Origin: Calditrichia bacterium | GTDB lineage: Bacteria; Calditrichota; Calditrichia; Calditrichales; J004 | Direction: 5' to 3' | Length of the DNA: 51,213 nucleotides | Assembly: GCA_026991535.1 (NCBI GenBank) | Contig: JALXBH010000189.1 | Span: 1 to 51,213 of the forward strand | Part shown: one piece after another, positions 39,785-48,800 of the stretch | Numbering within the stretch: position 1 is the first letter of the stretch | Layout: the number at the start of each line of letters is the position of its first letter | The notes under the pieces: generated by a model | What the model saw: the letters and a program-made list of their open reading frames with translations, nothing else | What the model was told of the DNA's origin: nothing | Databases searched by the model: none | Made by a program: the position numbers and the translations under genes

Positions 39785-41029
39785 ATGTCCACAATAAAAC
39801 CCTTTAAAGCCCTGCGGCCACGCAAGGATATCGCCGCCCGGGTAGCCTCGCCGCCATATGACGTTTTGAACAGCGAGGAAGCCCGCCAGATGGCCGCGGA
39901 TAATCCCTTTCTCTTTTTACATGTCAATAAACCGGAAATAGACCTGCCCCCGGATGTGGACGTCCATTCCAAAGCTGTGTATGAAAAAGGGGCGGAAAAC
40001 CTGAAAAAATTTATGCGGGAAAAGATTCTTGTCCGGGATGAACAGGCCGCGTTTTATCTTTACCGCCAGGTGATGGGCGAACATGTGCAAACGGGACTTG
40101 TGGCGCTGGCTTCCGTGGATGAGTATGACAAGGGCTTGATTAAAAAACATGAATTCACCCGCCCAGAAAAAGAGGACGACCGCGTGAAGCACATGGACCA
40201 TCTCAATGCCCAGGTGGGGCCGGTTTTCCTTACCTACCGGCATCAGCCGGTTATGGATATGATGGTGGATGAAATTACCGGGCGGGAACCGGAACTGGAC
40301 TTTACCACCGAAGACGGCATACAGCATGTGATATGGCCTGTAACGGACAGCGATGAGATCAGGGGAATAAGCGAAATATTTGCCGGCCTGGAAGCCATGT
40401 ATGTGGCCGACGGGCATCACCGTTCCGCCGCCGCTTCACGTATACGGGCTATGCGCCGCGAAGCGAACCCCAATCATACCGGAGATGAAAGCTATAATTA
40501 TTTTCTGAATGTCATCTTCCCGGATAATCAAATGTTAATTATGGACTATAATCGGCTGGTCAGGGATTTAAACGGACTGAGCAAGGCCGCTTTTCTTGAA
40601 GCCATTGAGAAAAACTTTGATATCCGTCGTTTGGGTAAGGCGGGATTTAAACCCATGGAAAAACACAGCTTTGTGATGTACATGGATCAGGAATGGTATC
40701 TGCTGATGGCTCAGGATCATATTGTGGATGAAAGCGATCCGGTAAAACGGCTTGATGTGGCCATTTTGCAGGATCACCTGCTGGCCCCGGTACTCGGCAT
40801 CGGTGATCCGCGCAAGGATACACGCATAGATTTTGTCGGGGGTATCCGCGGTCTGGACGGTTTACAAAAACGGGTTGACAGCGGCGAGATGGCCGTGGCT
40901 TTTGCCCTGTTCCCCACATCCATTGAGGATCTGATGGCTATCGCCGACGCCGGTGAAGTGATGCCGCCAAAATCCACCTGGTTCGAGCCGAAACTGCGCA
41001 GCGGCCTGTTTATACATATGCTGGACTAA
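39785..41029 (+). CDS. DUF1015 family protein
   Basis: PFKALRP, PPYDV, IKKHEFT, YVADGHHR, MPPKSTWFEPKLRSGL; AGGAG RBS. Confidence 0.93.
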   Translation: MSTIKPFKALRPRKDIAARVASPPYDVLNSEEARQMAADNPFLFLHVNKPEIDLPPDVDVHSKAVYEKGAENLKKFMREKILVRDEQAAFYLYRQVMGEHVQTGLVALASVDEYDKGLIKKHEFTRPEKEDDRVKHMDHLNAQVGPVFLTYRHQPVMDMMVDEITGREPELDFTTEDGIQHVIWPVTDSDEIRGISEIFAGLEAMYVADGHHRSAAASRIRAMRREANPNHTGDESYNYFLNVIFPDNQMLIMDYNRLVRDLNGLSKAAFLEAIEKNFDIRRLGKAGFKPMEKHSFVMYMDQEWYLLMAQDHIVDESDPVKRLDVAILQDHLLAPVLGIGDPRKDTRIDFVGGIRGLDGLQKRVDSGEMAVAFALFPTSIEDLMAIADAGEVMPPKSTWFEPKLRSGLFIHMLD

Positions 41030-41040
41030 TTTTTAATATA

Positions 41041-41072
41041 ACAAAGCCATCCGTTACGGATGGCTTTGTTTA
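41041..41072 (+). terminator. Intrinsic terminator after the DUF1015 gene
   Basis: Perfect 13-bp stem ACAAAGCCATCCG-TTA-CGGATGGCTTTGT with a T-rich tail. Confidence 0.85.
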
Positions 41073-41234
41073 TTGTTTTCTTCAAAAATCCATAGTTTTT
41101 CTTCTTGTGCATAATTTTTACAAGCACGGAAATTATTTAAGACTTCATGGGCTTTTATAGCGACATTCCTCCTCGCTTTTGTTCCTGGCATTACACTTGC
41201 ATTTCTCCGCTTAAACTTAACACGGAGCTATATT

Positions 41235-41891
41235 ATGCGAGTTATAACAATACTTATAGCGTTTTATATCTTCCCCCTTTTTCTTCAGGCAGGGAATTTT
41301 GATTTTGGGGCCGACATTGCCTATCGCCGAGGGCTTTCGTTTCAAATAGACGGTACCTTAAGCAAAATCAGTCGCGCTTTACCTTTCAAATTACGTATTG
41401 CCGCAGCCTATACTTCCCTTGATCCCGGCAATCCCGCCGCCGCAAGACGTATCTTTATCAACAACGCCACCAACGGAACGCCCGAGGAAGAGGGCTGGAT
41501 GTGGGACGTCCGTTTTGACGTGCTTTACAGGGTTGACTGGTTTTCGCTTAAGGATGCCTGGTTCTTTGCCGGACCGCGCTACTCCTGGTTTACGGGGCGC
41601 TTTGATTTTGTGGGCGGTAATGAGGATTTTGATATTTACTGCGACCAATGGGGTATTGGGGCGGGTTTGCAGTCTAATTACCCGGTATCAAAAAAGCTGA
41701 ATCTTGTTCTCAGCGCCGGCCTGGATTACTATATCACCGACTACCTCCACGGACATGATACAACCTACCACTCCAATGGTGAAATCTATAACGGTCGTGA
41801 GAATTACAACTTCAAGGATGCGGATGAAGCTATAAATCAACCCACCTTTGTGCCTAAGGTCGCCATTGGTTTTAGTTATCTGCTTTATTGA
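41235..41891 (+). CDS. Hypothetical outer-membrane beta-barrel protein
   Basis: Signal peptide, alternating aromatic/hydrophobic strands, C-terminal IGFSYLLY. Confidence 0.75.
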   Translation: MRVITILIAFYIFPLFLQAGNFDFGADIAYRRGLSFQIDGTLSKISRALPFKLRIAAAYTSLDPGNPAAARRIFINNATNGTPEEEGWMWDVRFDVLYRVDWFSLKDAWFFAGPRYSWFTGRFDFVGGNEDFDIYCDQWGIGAGLQSNYPVSKKLNLVLSAGLDYYITDYLHGHDTTYHSNGEIYNGRENYNFKDADEAINQPTFVPKVAIGFSYLLY

Positions 41892-42546
41892 TGATCGGAG
41901 AGTAACAGTACCACGAATTCCTTTGTGGCAGGTGCGGGAAAGAATAACGCCAAAAGCAAATAAGGGTAACCCGCGAATTCATTCGCGGGGCAGGTGGAGG
42001 CGTACCACCCCCGATGGAATCCGATTCATCGGATTCCGATTCCCACAAAAAGAGGCCAATGGGCAGGGCCAATAAGGTTGGGTTGTGTCATAAGGCGTTA
42101 TGCCCCCGATTGAAATCGGGGGTTAACAGTATTCCATGTGGCCAGGTGTGGGCAGGAATATCAGCCCAGGCCACATAGGGGTAACCCGCGAATTCATTCG
42201 CGGGGCGGATGGAGGCGTACCACCCCCGATGGAATCCGGTTCATCGGATTCTGATTCACACACAAAGGGCTAATGGGCGGGGCCAATAAGGTCAGGGTGT
42301 GTGATAAGGCGTTGTACCACCGATTGAAATCGGGGGTTAACGGTATTCTTTTAGGCCTGGTGCGGAAAAGAATATCAGTCCGGGCCACATAGAGTTAACC
42401 CGCGAATTCATTCGCGGGGCAGATCGAGGTGTACCGAACTCGATGGAATCCGATTCATCGGATTCCGGTTTGGATTCCAAACCTTGAGATCAGGGTTAAT
42501 ACATATTGCCTTTACGGCCTGGTGTGAGATCCAGGAAAAGTTATAA
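41889..42546 (+). repeat. REP/BIME-like tandem array, locus B (~215-bp unit, about 3 copies)
   Basis: P1 at 41968, 42183, 42397 (periods 215 and 214); P2 at 42016, 42231, 42445; P3 at 42103, 42317; degenerate partial units at both ends. Confidence 0.92.
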
Positions 42547-42571
42547 AAAGGCGCCGCACGAATACGGCGCC
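42545..42571 (-). terminator. Intrinsic terminator after the HMA gene
   Basis: GGCGCCGTA-TTCG-TGCGGCGCC then TTTTT on the minus strand. Confidence 0.75.
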
Positions 42572-42592
42572 GGATAAAATCAAGAGCTGGTT

Positions 42593-42814
42593 CTACTCTT
42601 CAACAACCTCATAGTGGGTGCCGTTGATGGCCATAGTGATAAACATCGGATCGGTCTGTTCCGCGTCATAAACCACGGTGGCCGTGCCATCCGCATGGGA
42701 AGCCTTAACCGATTGCACCCCTTCAACCTCCATCACCGCATTCTGCACGGTGTTTTCACACCCACCGCACATCATACCTTTTACTTTTAGGGTCACTTCC
42801 TGAATATCTGCCAT
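42593..42814 (-). CDS. Heavy-metal-associated (HMA) domain metallochaperone, CopZ-like
   Basis: LKVKGMMCGGC; start MADIQ with AAGGAG RBS. Confidence 0.9.
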   Translation of the reverse strand: MADIQEVTLKVKGMMCGGCENTVQNAVMEVEGVQSVKASHADGTATVVYDAEQTDPMFITMAINGTHYEVVEE

Positions 42815-42916
42815 TATTTTCTCCTTAATTTTGGATTGATTGCCTTTATGCATGTTCATAGATTGTTTTTTTAAGGATAAACACGATCCACTCTTTTTAA
42901 TTTTCGCGGAGAATCT

Positions 42917-43186
42917 ATGTCCATAGCCGAAGAATTACTCAACATTCTGTGCTGCCCCGAAACCCGGCAGGACCTTAAAGTTATGAACGATAAACAGATT
43001 ACAACCCTGAACCGCTGGATTCGTTCCGCGGATGTTCACTATCGGGACGGTTCCGGGATCGACCTGCCCGTTACCGGGGCCCTGATAACGGAGGACGGCA
43101 GTCGTTGTTATCTCATCATTGACGATATCCCTGTTATGCTGACCGATAAAATCATCGATCTGGACGAGGGATGGCAAAGTATGTAA
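42917..43186 (+). CDS. Trm112/YcaR-like protein
   Basis: LLNILCCPET...YLIIDDIPVML. Confidence 0.85.
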   Translation: MSIAEELLNILCCPETRQDLKVMNDKQITTLNRWIRSADVHYRDGSGIDLPVTGALITEDGSRCYLIIDDIPVMLTDKIIDLDEGWQSM

Positions 43187-43192
43187 CGTCCC

Positions 43193-44563
43193 CTACAGGC
43201 CCAGGCTGTCGATCAGATAAAGCAGCGCGCTAAGCGACGCCGTGCCCAGCTCCAGTTCCCGGCGATTGACGGCCTCAAATAAATCCCGGTCCGAGTGGTG
43301 AAAGTCGAAATAACGCTGGGAATCGGGAATCAGGCCGATCAGCGTTGTTCCCATGGCTTTGCCCAGGGGCCCGATATCCGCGCCGCCTCCGCCATCCCTG
43401 ATTTCACTTATGGTAAAGGGGGGGAAATATTTCAACCATAACTTCATCGTTTCCAGTTGCCGCCCCTTGCCGCTGATACCAAATCCCCGGGGCGTAAAAC
43501 CACCGGCGTCCGTTTCTATAGCCGCGATATGGTACTGTTTTTCCCCGGCCGCTGTTTCGGCATATTTTTTACCGCCACGCAGACCGTTTTCCTCATTCAT
43601 AAAACATACAACACGCAAAGTGTTACGCGGCTTATAACCGGCCTGGCGCAGAAGGGCCGCGGCCATGATACTATGGACAATCCCCGCTCCGTCATCCTGC
43701 GCTCCCTCGCCCACATCCCAGGCGTCCAGGTGACCGCCAATGACGATTATTTTTTCGGGATGCTCCGATCCGCGAATTTCACCAATCACATTGTAGGATT
43801 TTTTATCGGTATAGGTTTTACTGTTTATCTTCAAAAACAAGCGGGTATCCGGTTCCTTTTGCCAGGCCCGGTACAGGCGATCGGCGGATTGATAGCCCAA
43901 AGCGGCCGCGGGAATTTTGGGAACGTCCCTGGCGTAAACCAGTGAACCGGTATGGGGATAATCGTCGCGGGCGGTGGTTACCGAACGGATAACCACGGCC
44001 ACGGCGCCTTTGCGCGCCGCCTCGGAAGCGCCGGCCACCCTTTTCATTACGGCAGTTCTGTATCCGTACATGGTTTGAACAAATGTATCCGGAAACGCGG
44101 CATTGTAAAATACAATTTTGCCTTTCACATCCCCGGCGGACATGTTTTTGATATCCTCCACGTCATCCACCACCACCAAAGGGGCGCTAATGCCCTGTTC
44201 CGCCGTGGCCACGGAACGCCCCAGCGCCAGCACCGACAGTTTTTCCCGCCTGCCCCGGGGATCAACCATAAAACAGCTTTCCGCCTCGCCGCGCACCCAA
44301 TGGGGCACCATTACCTCTTGCAGGTAAACCTTGTCAAAGCCCAGTGCTTCCATACTTTTACGCGCCCATTGAACCGCCCCTTCCGCGTCGGGCGAACCCG
44401 ATAAACGATGCGGATATTGTGACGTCAGTTCCCGCAGCAGATCATAGGCCTGATGTTTCTCCTGCGCCTGCTTATACAATCGTTCAATAAATCCCTTGTG
44501 CGGCCGCTCGCCCGCTGTAAGCAAGCCAACTATAAGTAATAAAAAGGCAACCCTTCTGCTCAT
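43193..44563 (-). CDS. Secreted M28 family metallopeptidase (carboxypeptidase Q-like, PA domain)
   Basis: RLSGS, GGHLDAWDVGEGAQDDGAG, NEENGLRGG, ETDAG, HHS..D. Confidence 0.92.
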   Translation of the reverse strand: MSRRVAFLLLIVGLLTAGERPHKGFIERLYKQAQEKHQAYDLLRELTSQYPHRLSGSPDAEGAVQWARKSMEALGFDKVYLQEVMVPHWVRGEAESCFMVDPRGRREKLSVLALGRSVATAEQGISAPLVVVDDVEDIKNMSAGDVKGKIVFYNAAFPDTFVQTMYGYRTAVMKRVAGASEAARKGAVAVVIRSVTTARDDYPHTGSLVYARDVPKIPAAALGYQSADRLYRAWQKEPDTRLFLKINSKTYTDKKSYNVIGEIRGSEHPEKIIVIGGHLDAWDVGEGAQDDGAGIVHSIMAAALLRQAGYKPRNTLRVVCFMNEENGLRGGKKYAETAAGEKQYHIAAIETDAGGFTPRGFGISGKGRQLETMKLWLKYFPPFTISEIRDGGGGADIGPLGKAMGTTLIGLIPDSQRYFDFHHSDRDLFEAVNRRELELGTASLSALLYLIDSLGL

Positions 44564-44587
44564 CGAATATCTCCCTGTGCCATAAGA

Positions 44588-45469
44588 TTAATTTTCGGGG
44601 TAGGTGGAAAATCCATCTTCCTCGCTCCAAACCAATTTGGGAAAATACAATTTATCATCAATCCCCGCAAACGCACGTTCACGCCCGTAGCCCAGATTAT
44701 GGGAAAAATACCGCACACCTTCAATTTCTCGATAGCGGTTACGGTGTTGATGGCCGTATATGTGAAAAACAGAACCCATGGCCCGTAGTTGAATATCCAG
44801 ATGGGCGCTGCCGGCAAAACGGCTAAAGTTAAATTTCGGATGGGGGTCTTTAAAGGGACGGCCCTGTTTATCCACGGGCCTTTTCAGGCTCATTATCAAA
44901 TCACGGCGGGGCAAAAAATGGCTAAAGGACAATACGGGCGCCTGAAAAAAACGGGTATCGTGCTCCAGATTCCGGCCTAAGAAAAAATCGGAGGCGTTAT
45001 CCGCGCCGTCAAAAACCGGCCAGACTATATGATAGTCGTCCATCCATACCTTAAGGCCGGGGTCTTCCCCCGGTTTGCGCATATAAAGGCTGTCAGGCCC
45101 TTCCTCCGGTTTAACATACCAGGAGAAGAGTGGCAGAACACAGAGCGAAGGAGTCTCCTCCCCTATCAGGCGCGGACTGTATTCAACCTCGCAGGAGGCG
45201 CATACATTCAGCACCTTATAAAATTTCTCCAGGGAATGGCTGTATCCGTCCCGGCGTATCCATAAATCGTGATTGCCGGGAACAAAGAATACACGCGCAA
45301 AGCGATGCTTCAGCAAAAGAAGCGTTTTCTCCAGGATGCCGATATCATCGCTGATGTCACCGGCCACGATTATTATATCGGAAGTGTAATCTTCCAGAGA
45401 GAGGTTGCTCACCCAGCGCATGTTTTCCCGGAAGTCGGTATGCAGATCGGAAATGGCCCAGACGCGCAT
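44588..45469 (-). CDS. Calcineurin-like metallophosphoesterase, PptH-like
   Basis: WAISDLH, VAGDIS, RFARVFFVPGNHDLW, SHFLP, YGHQH, LGYGRER. Confidence 0.85.
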   Translation of the reverse strand: MRVWAISDLHTDFRENMRWVSNLSLEDYTSDIIIVAGDISDDIGILEKTLLLLKHRFARVFFVPGNHDLWIRRDGYSHSLEKFYKVLNVCASCEVEYSPRLIGEETPSLCVLPLFSWYVKPEEGPDSLYMRKPGEDPGLKVWMDDYHIVWPVFDGADNASDFFLGRNLEHDTRFFQAPVLSFSHFLPRRDLIMSLKRPVDKQGRPFKDPHPKFNFSRFAGSAHLDIQLRAMGSVFHIYGHQHRNRYREIEGVRYFSHNLGYGRERAFAGIDDKLYFPKLVWSEEDGFSTYPEN

Positions 45470-45471
45470 AA

Positions 45472-45831
45472 TCAGGAGTGAAAGATGCGCAGGCCCACAA
45501 TGCCTGCAATAATCAGCATGATGCTCAATATACGGGCCAGGGTGACCGGCTCGCTAAACAACAGGAAACCACCCACCACGGTGCCTACAACCCCTATGCC
45601 GGTCCAGGCGGCGTAGGCTGCGCCAACGGGTAAATAGCGTACACTGATGCTTAACAGCCAGACGCTAACCGCCATAGTCGCCAAAACAAAAAAAACCGGA
45701 GCGAGGCGTGAAAAACCCTCCGTGTATTTCAGGCCAAGAGCCCAGGCCGTTTCAAACAATCCGGCCAGGCTTAACAACACCCAGGCCTGACCGTTACTCA
45801 GGTGCGATAGCGAAATATTCAATTTAAACAA
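45472..45831 (-). CDS. sugE: SMR family small multidrug/guanidinium exporter (SugE/Gdx-like)
   Basis: AW..L.LAGLFE.AWALGLKY.EGFSRL, LPVGAAYAAWTGIG; TTG start overlaps the egtD stop. Confidence 0.88.
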   Translation of the reverse strand: MFKLNISLSHLSNGQAWVLLSLAGLFETAWALGLKYTEGFSRLAPVFFVLATMAVSVWLLSISVRYLPVGAAYAAWTGIGVVGTVVGGFLLFSEPVTLARILSIMLIIAGIVGLRIFHS

Positions 45832-46780
45832 CCTTTAAGTAGTGTATGCTAAAATAGCGGCGCTCATCCGTCCAGACCCGTTGCGGTTGAAATCCGGCTT
45901 CGCGCGCCAACTGCCGGAATTCTTCTATATCATATTTATAGGAAGATTCCGTCCAGATAGACTCATTTTCTTCAAACTCAATTACCGAGCCGTTTATGCT
46001 GACCCGCTGTTTGTCATTGCTGACTATGTGCATCTCTATGCGGCCGGCCTCGGCGTTGTACAGCGCCTTGTGTTCAAACTTGTCCAGATCAAAATCACTG
46101 CCCAGTTCCCTGTTCAGCCGTTCCAGTTGGTTCAGGTTAAAGGCGGCGGTCAGCCCCCGGGCGTCGTTGTAGGCGGCGTGTAAAACACGTTCATCCTTTT
46201 TTAAATCCACGCCGATAATCAGGCCGCTGCCCCGGCCGCACACGGCGGCCATATTTTGCAAAAAGGCGCGTGCTTCATCCCGGTGAAAATTACCGATGGT
46301 GGATCCCGGAAAGTAAACGACTCTTTTTTCTACCTGCGTACGCGGTTGCGGCAAGCCAAAAGGCTTGCTGAAATCGGCACAGACCGGAATAACCTCCAGG
46401 CGCGGATAACGACGGGCTATGGCGGCGGCGCTTTCTTTTAAAAAAGCGCAGGATATGTCTATGGGCACATAAACCTCTATGCCGCTTTTCGCATCCAGAA
46501 TGCGCTTTATTTTTTCGCTGCTGCCGCTGCCGTATTCTATCAGCATGACCCGGCGCCCAATCACCTCCACCATTTCATCCATATATTTTTCCATAATGGA
46601 TAATTCGGTGCGTGTTACATAATACTCATCCAGGTCGCAAATCGCGTCAAACAGCTTTGAACCGCGCTCATCATAAAAGTATTTACTGGGCAGGGTTTTG
46701 GGACGCAGGCTCAGTCCAGATAAAACTTCACGGTACATGGCTTTTATTCCCGTATCATCCTTTTTTACTTCAGGCTCCAT
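45824..46780 (-). CDS. egtD: L-histidine N-alpha-methyltransferase (Methyltransf_33)
   Basis: LPSKYFYDERGS.LF..IC.L.EYYVTRTE, EYGSGS, FPGSTIGNF, AYND..G.TAAFNLN, RIEMH, TESSYKY. Confidence 0.93.
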   Translation of the reverse strand: MEPEVKKDDTGIKAMYREVLSGLSLRPKTLPSKYFYDERGSKLFDAICDLDEYYVTRTELSIMEKYMDEMVEVIGRRVMLIEYGSGSSEKIKRILDAKSGIEVYVPIDISCAFLKESAAAIARRYPRLEVIPVCADFSKPFGLPQPRTQVEKRVVYFPGSTIGNFHRDEARAFLQNMAAVCGRGSGLIIGVDLKKDERVLHAAYNDARGLTAAFNLNQLERLNRELGSDFDLDKFEHKALYNAEAGRIEMHIVSNDKQRVSINGSVIEFEENESIWTESSYKYDIEEFRQLAREAGFQPQRVWTDERRYFSIHYLKVV

Positions 46781-46789
46781 ACTTTTTCC

Positions 46790-47074
46790 TTACGATTCCG
46801 AAACGTCCACACCGCGCCAAAAGGCAATATAGCCTTCTATGGGCCTGGCCGCTTCCTTTGTTTTCGGGTAATACCATGCGGCGTCGCGGTTTTCCTTTCC
46901 ATCCACGCTCAGGGTGTAATAACTGGCGATCCCTTTCCAGGGACAACTGGTGTGCGTTTGGCTCTCTTCCAAATATTCCCGGCGCACGCTGGCGGGCGGA
47001 AAATAGTGATTGCCTTCCACGACGATGGTCTCATCGCTCTCGGCCACAACCTTACCATTCCATACTGCCTTCAT
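46790..47074 (-). CDS. DUF427 family protein
   Basis: MKAVWNG.V.AESD.T..VEGNHYFP, CPWKG.ASYY, AWYYP, YIAFW; start MKAVW with AGGAG RBS. Confidence 0.92.
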   Translation of the reverse strand: MKAVWNGKVVAESDETIVVEGNHYFPPASVRREYLEESQTHTSCPWKGIASYYTLSVDGKENRDAAWYYPKTKEAARPIEGYIAFWRGVDVSES

Positions 47075-47166
47075 AAAATCTCCTAAAATGTTCGCCCACA
47101 AAGTCCCGAATGGATATCACGTTTTTATCACAGAGATAAAATAAGTATCTGCCAAAACAGACGCAG

Positions 47167-47763
47167 CTACTCTTCGTTATCGGCCATCTCTTCCCGCAGG
47201 CGCACCGGCCCCTGGTTTTCTGGAATTTTGCCCTTCATGCCGGCATAAAAATCACGCAGGCGCTGCATATCCTCGGGTATATTACCGCTGGGCATAAAAG
47301 AGGGACCAATACCGGCCACCTTATTTTCCCAGTCTTCATAGCCCATGGCAATGGGTACCCCGGCCGCCAGGGCAATGCGATAAAAGCCGCTTTTCCAATA
47401 GGGCGCCCTGGAGCGGGTGCCGTCGGGGGCTATCACAAAGGCAAAGCGATCATGTTTTTTTATCTGTTCGGCTATCTGCTCCACAAAATTGGTACGTTTA
47501 CGGCGATTTACCGGTACACCGCCCAGCCACAGCATATACTTTCCGAATAAGCCTTTAAACAGCGTGTCCTTGGCCGCCCATTTAAATTCAATCCCCATCA
47601 CATAGGAAGCCAGCAGCATAACCACCAAATCCCAGTTGGAAGTATGCGGTACCGCCAGCAATACAAATTTTTCCGAGGGGGGCGTGGTGTACTCCACTTT
47701 CCATCCAAACAGACGCAGAACGGCGCCGGAGAGGCGCGCGGACCATTTTTTATTTTCTGGCAT
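47167..47763 (-). CDS. Lysophospholipid (1-acyl-sn-glycerol-3-phosphate) acyltransferase family
   Basis: PHTSNWD (HxxxxD), APDGTR, WKSGFY; start MPENK. Confidence 0.9.
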   Translation of the reverse strand: MPENKKWSARLSGAVLRLFGWKVEYTTPPSEKFVLLAVPHTSNWDLVVMLLASYVMGIEFKWAAKDTLFKGLFGKYMLWLGGVPVNRRKRTNFVEQIAEQIKKHDRFAFVIAPDGTRSRAPYWKSGFYRIALAAGVPIAMGYEDWENKVAGIGPSFMPSGNIPEDMQRLRDFYAGMKGKIPENQGPVRLREEMADNEE

Positions 47764-48628
47764 CGATTTTTCCCGGTTTATATAAAACTTTTTTTTCCGT
47801 AAGCCACAGGGCGCCCAGCACAAACAAACCGCCAAAGGTCAGACGGGCAATATCCGCCTTCTCGCCGAAAAAAACAAGGGCTACCGCGATGGCCAGCGGT
47901 ATTTTTAAATTATTGAACACGGCCAGAGTCCCCGCATTAACAAGGGTCGCTCCCCTGTTCCATAAAAAGAAACCGAGTCCCGAGGCCACAAGACCAAGGT
48001 AGATCAGAGTCAGCCATTGTCCGGTTTCCAGACCCCGGGGAACGATTTCGCCGAAGGCCAGCACATAAACCAGGGTAAGAGATACCGCCCCGAGGAAGAA
48101 AGCGCCCATGGGGGAAGCGTCACCGGTCTCTCTGTTTTTATTGCGCCATATTTTATAGGCCACCTGACCGGCGGCAAATGAGAGGTTGGCTCCCTGAATC
48201 ATGAAAAAGCCCAGGGTCAGCGCATAGCTTTTTCCGGGTTCGTAAACGATAGCGCCCGTTCCGGTCACGGCAATAATGGCCGCAAGTAAATTCCTGCTGT
48301 TCAGACGCCTGTTGTAAAGATCATACATAAGAGACACATAAAGAGGGGTTGAGACGGTAAACAGGGCCACCTGCCAGGCCGTCAGCCATTTAAAGGAATT
48401 AATGTAAAGCAGATACATCAGCCCGAATTGAACCATGCCACTGAAAAAGGCCGCGAGGAAGGCGGCGCGCCCCTTTCGCCAAAGGGCGGGCAAAAAAGGC
48501 GCGAAAACAACAAAGGACAACAGAAGCCTGAAAAAAGCCACAAAGCCGGCATCGACACCGCTAAGTTCACCTTTGATGAGACTGAAGGAAAATGCCCACA
48601 GGATGGATACGGACAAGAGATTGATCAT
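47750..48628 (-). CDS. EamA/DMT transporter, YigM (BioP)-like
   Basis: ILWAFSFSLI, QFGLMY..Y, LFT..TPLYV, LG.VASGLGFFLWN.GA..V.AGTLA..NN. Confidence 0.85.
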   Translation of the reverse strand: MINLLSVSILWAFSFSLIKGELSGVDAGFVAFFRLLLSFVVFAPFLPALWRKGRAAFLAAFFSGMVQFGLMYLLYINSFKWLTAWQVALFTVSTPLYVSLMYDLYNRRLNSRNLLAAIIAVTGTGAIVYEPGKSYALTLGFFMIQGANLSFAAGQVAYKIWRNKNRETGDASPMGAFFLGAVSLTLVYVLAFGEIVPRGLETGQWLTLIYLGLVASGLGFFLWNRGATLVNAGTLAVFNNLKIPLAIAVALVFFGEKADIARLTFGGLFVLGALWLTEKKVLYKPGKIDARK

Positions 48629-48800
48629 GGAATGAAAATTAAAGAACGGCGGGGATAAATAGCAACCGGATTCCCATTAATTTGAAAAAGAGAGAAACAT
48701 TTGAACTTTTTAGGGGCAACCTTTAAATTTATAGGCTTTTCTACTAACAACGACCGACATAACGAATTTTTCCATAGGAACTTAAGGAGAACAAAGCGCT

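Noticed and set aside
41848-42388. Short ORFs 41848-42075, 41872-42072 and 42194-42388
   Set aside because: They lie in the REP array, frames are not preserved between units, and there is no recognisable domain.
41960-42470. Possible CRISPR array (regularly spaced palindromic repeats)
   Set aside because: The intervening sequences are homologous to each other rather than unique spacers, the period is ~215 bp with three different palindromes, and no cas genes are present.
47075-47166. Guanidine riboswitch upstream of the DUF427-egtD-SMR operon
   Set aside because: No ykkC-type or twin ACGR-hairpin pattern is visible in this short gap; a cmscan run would be needed to exclude it fully.
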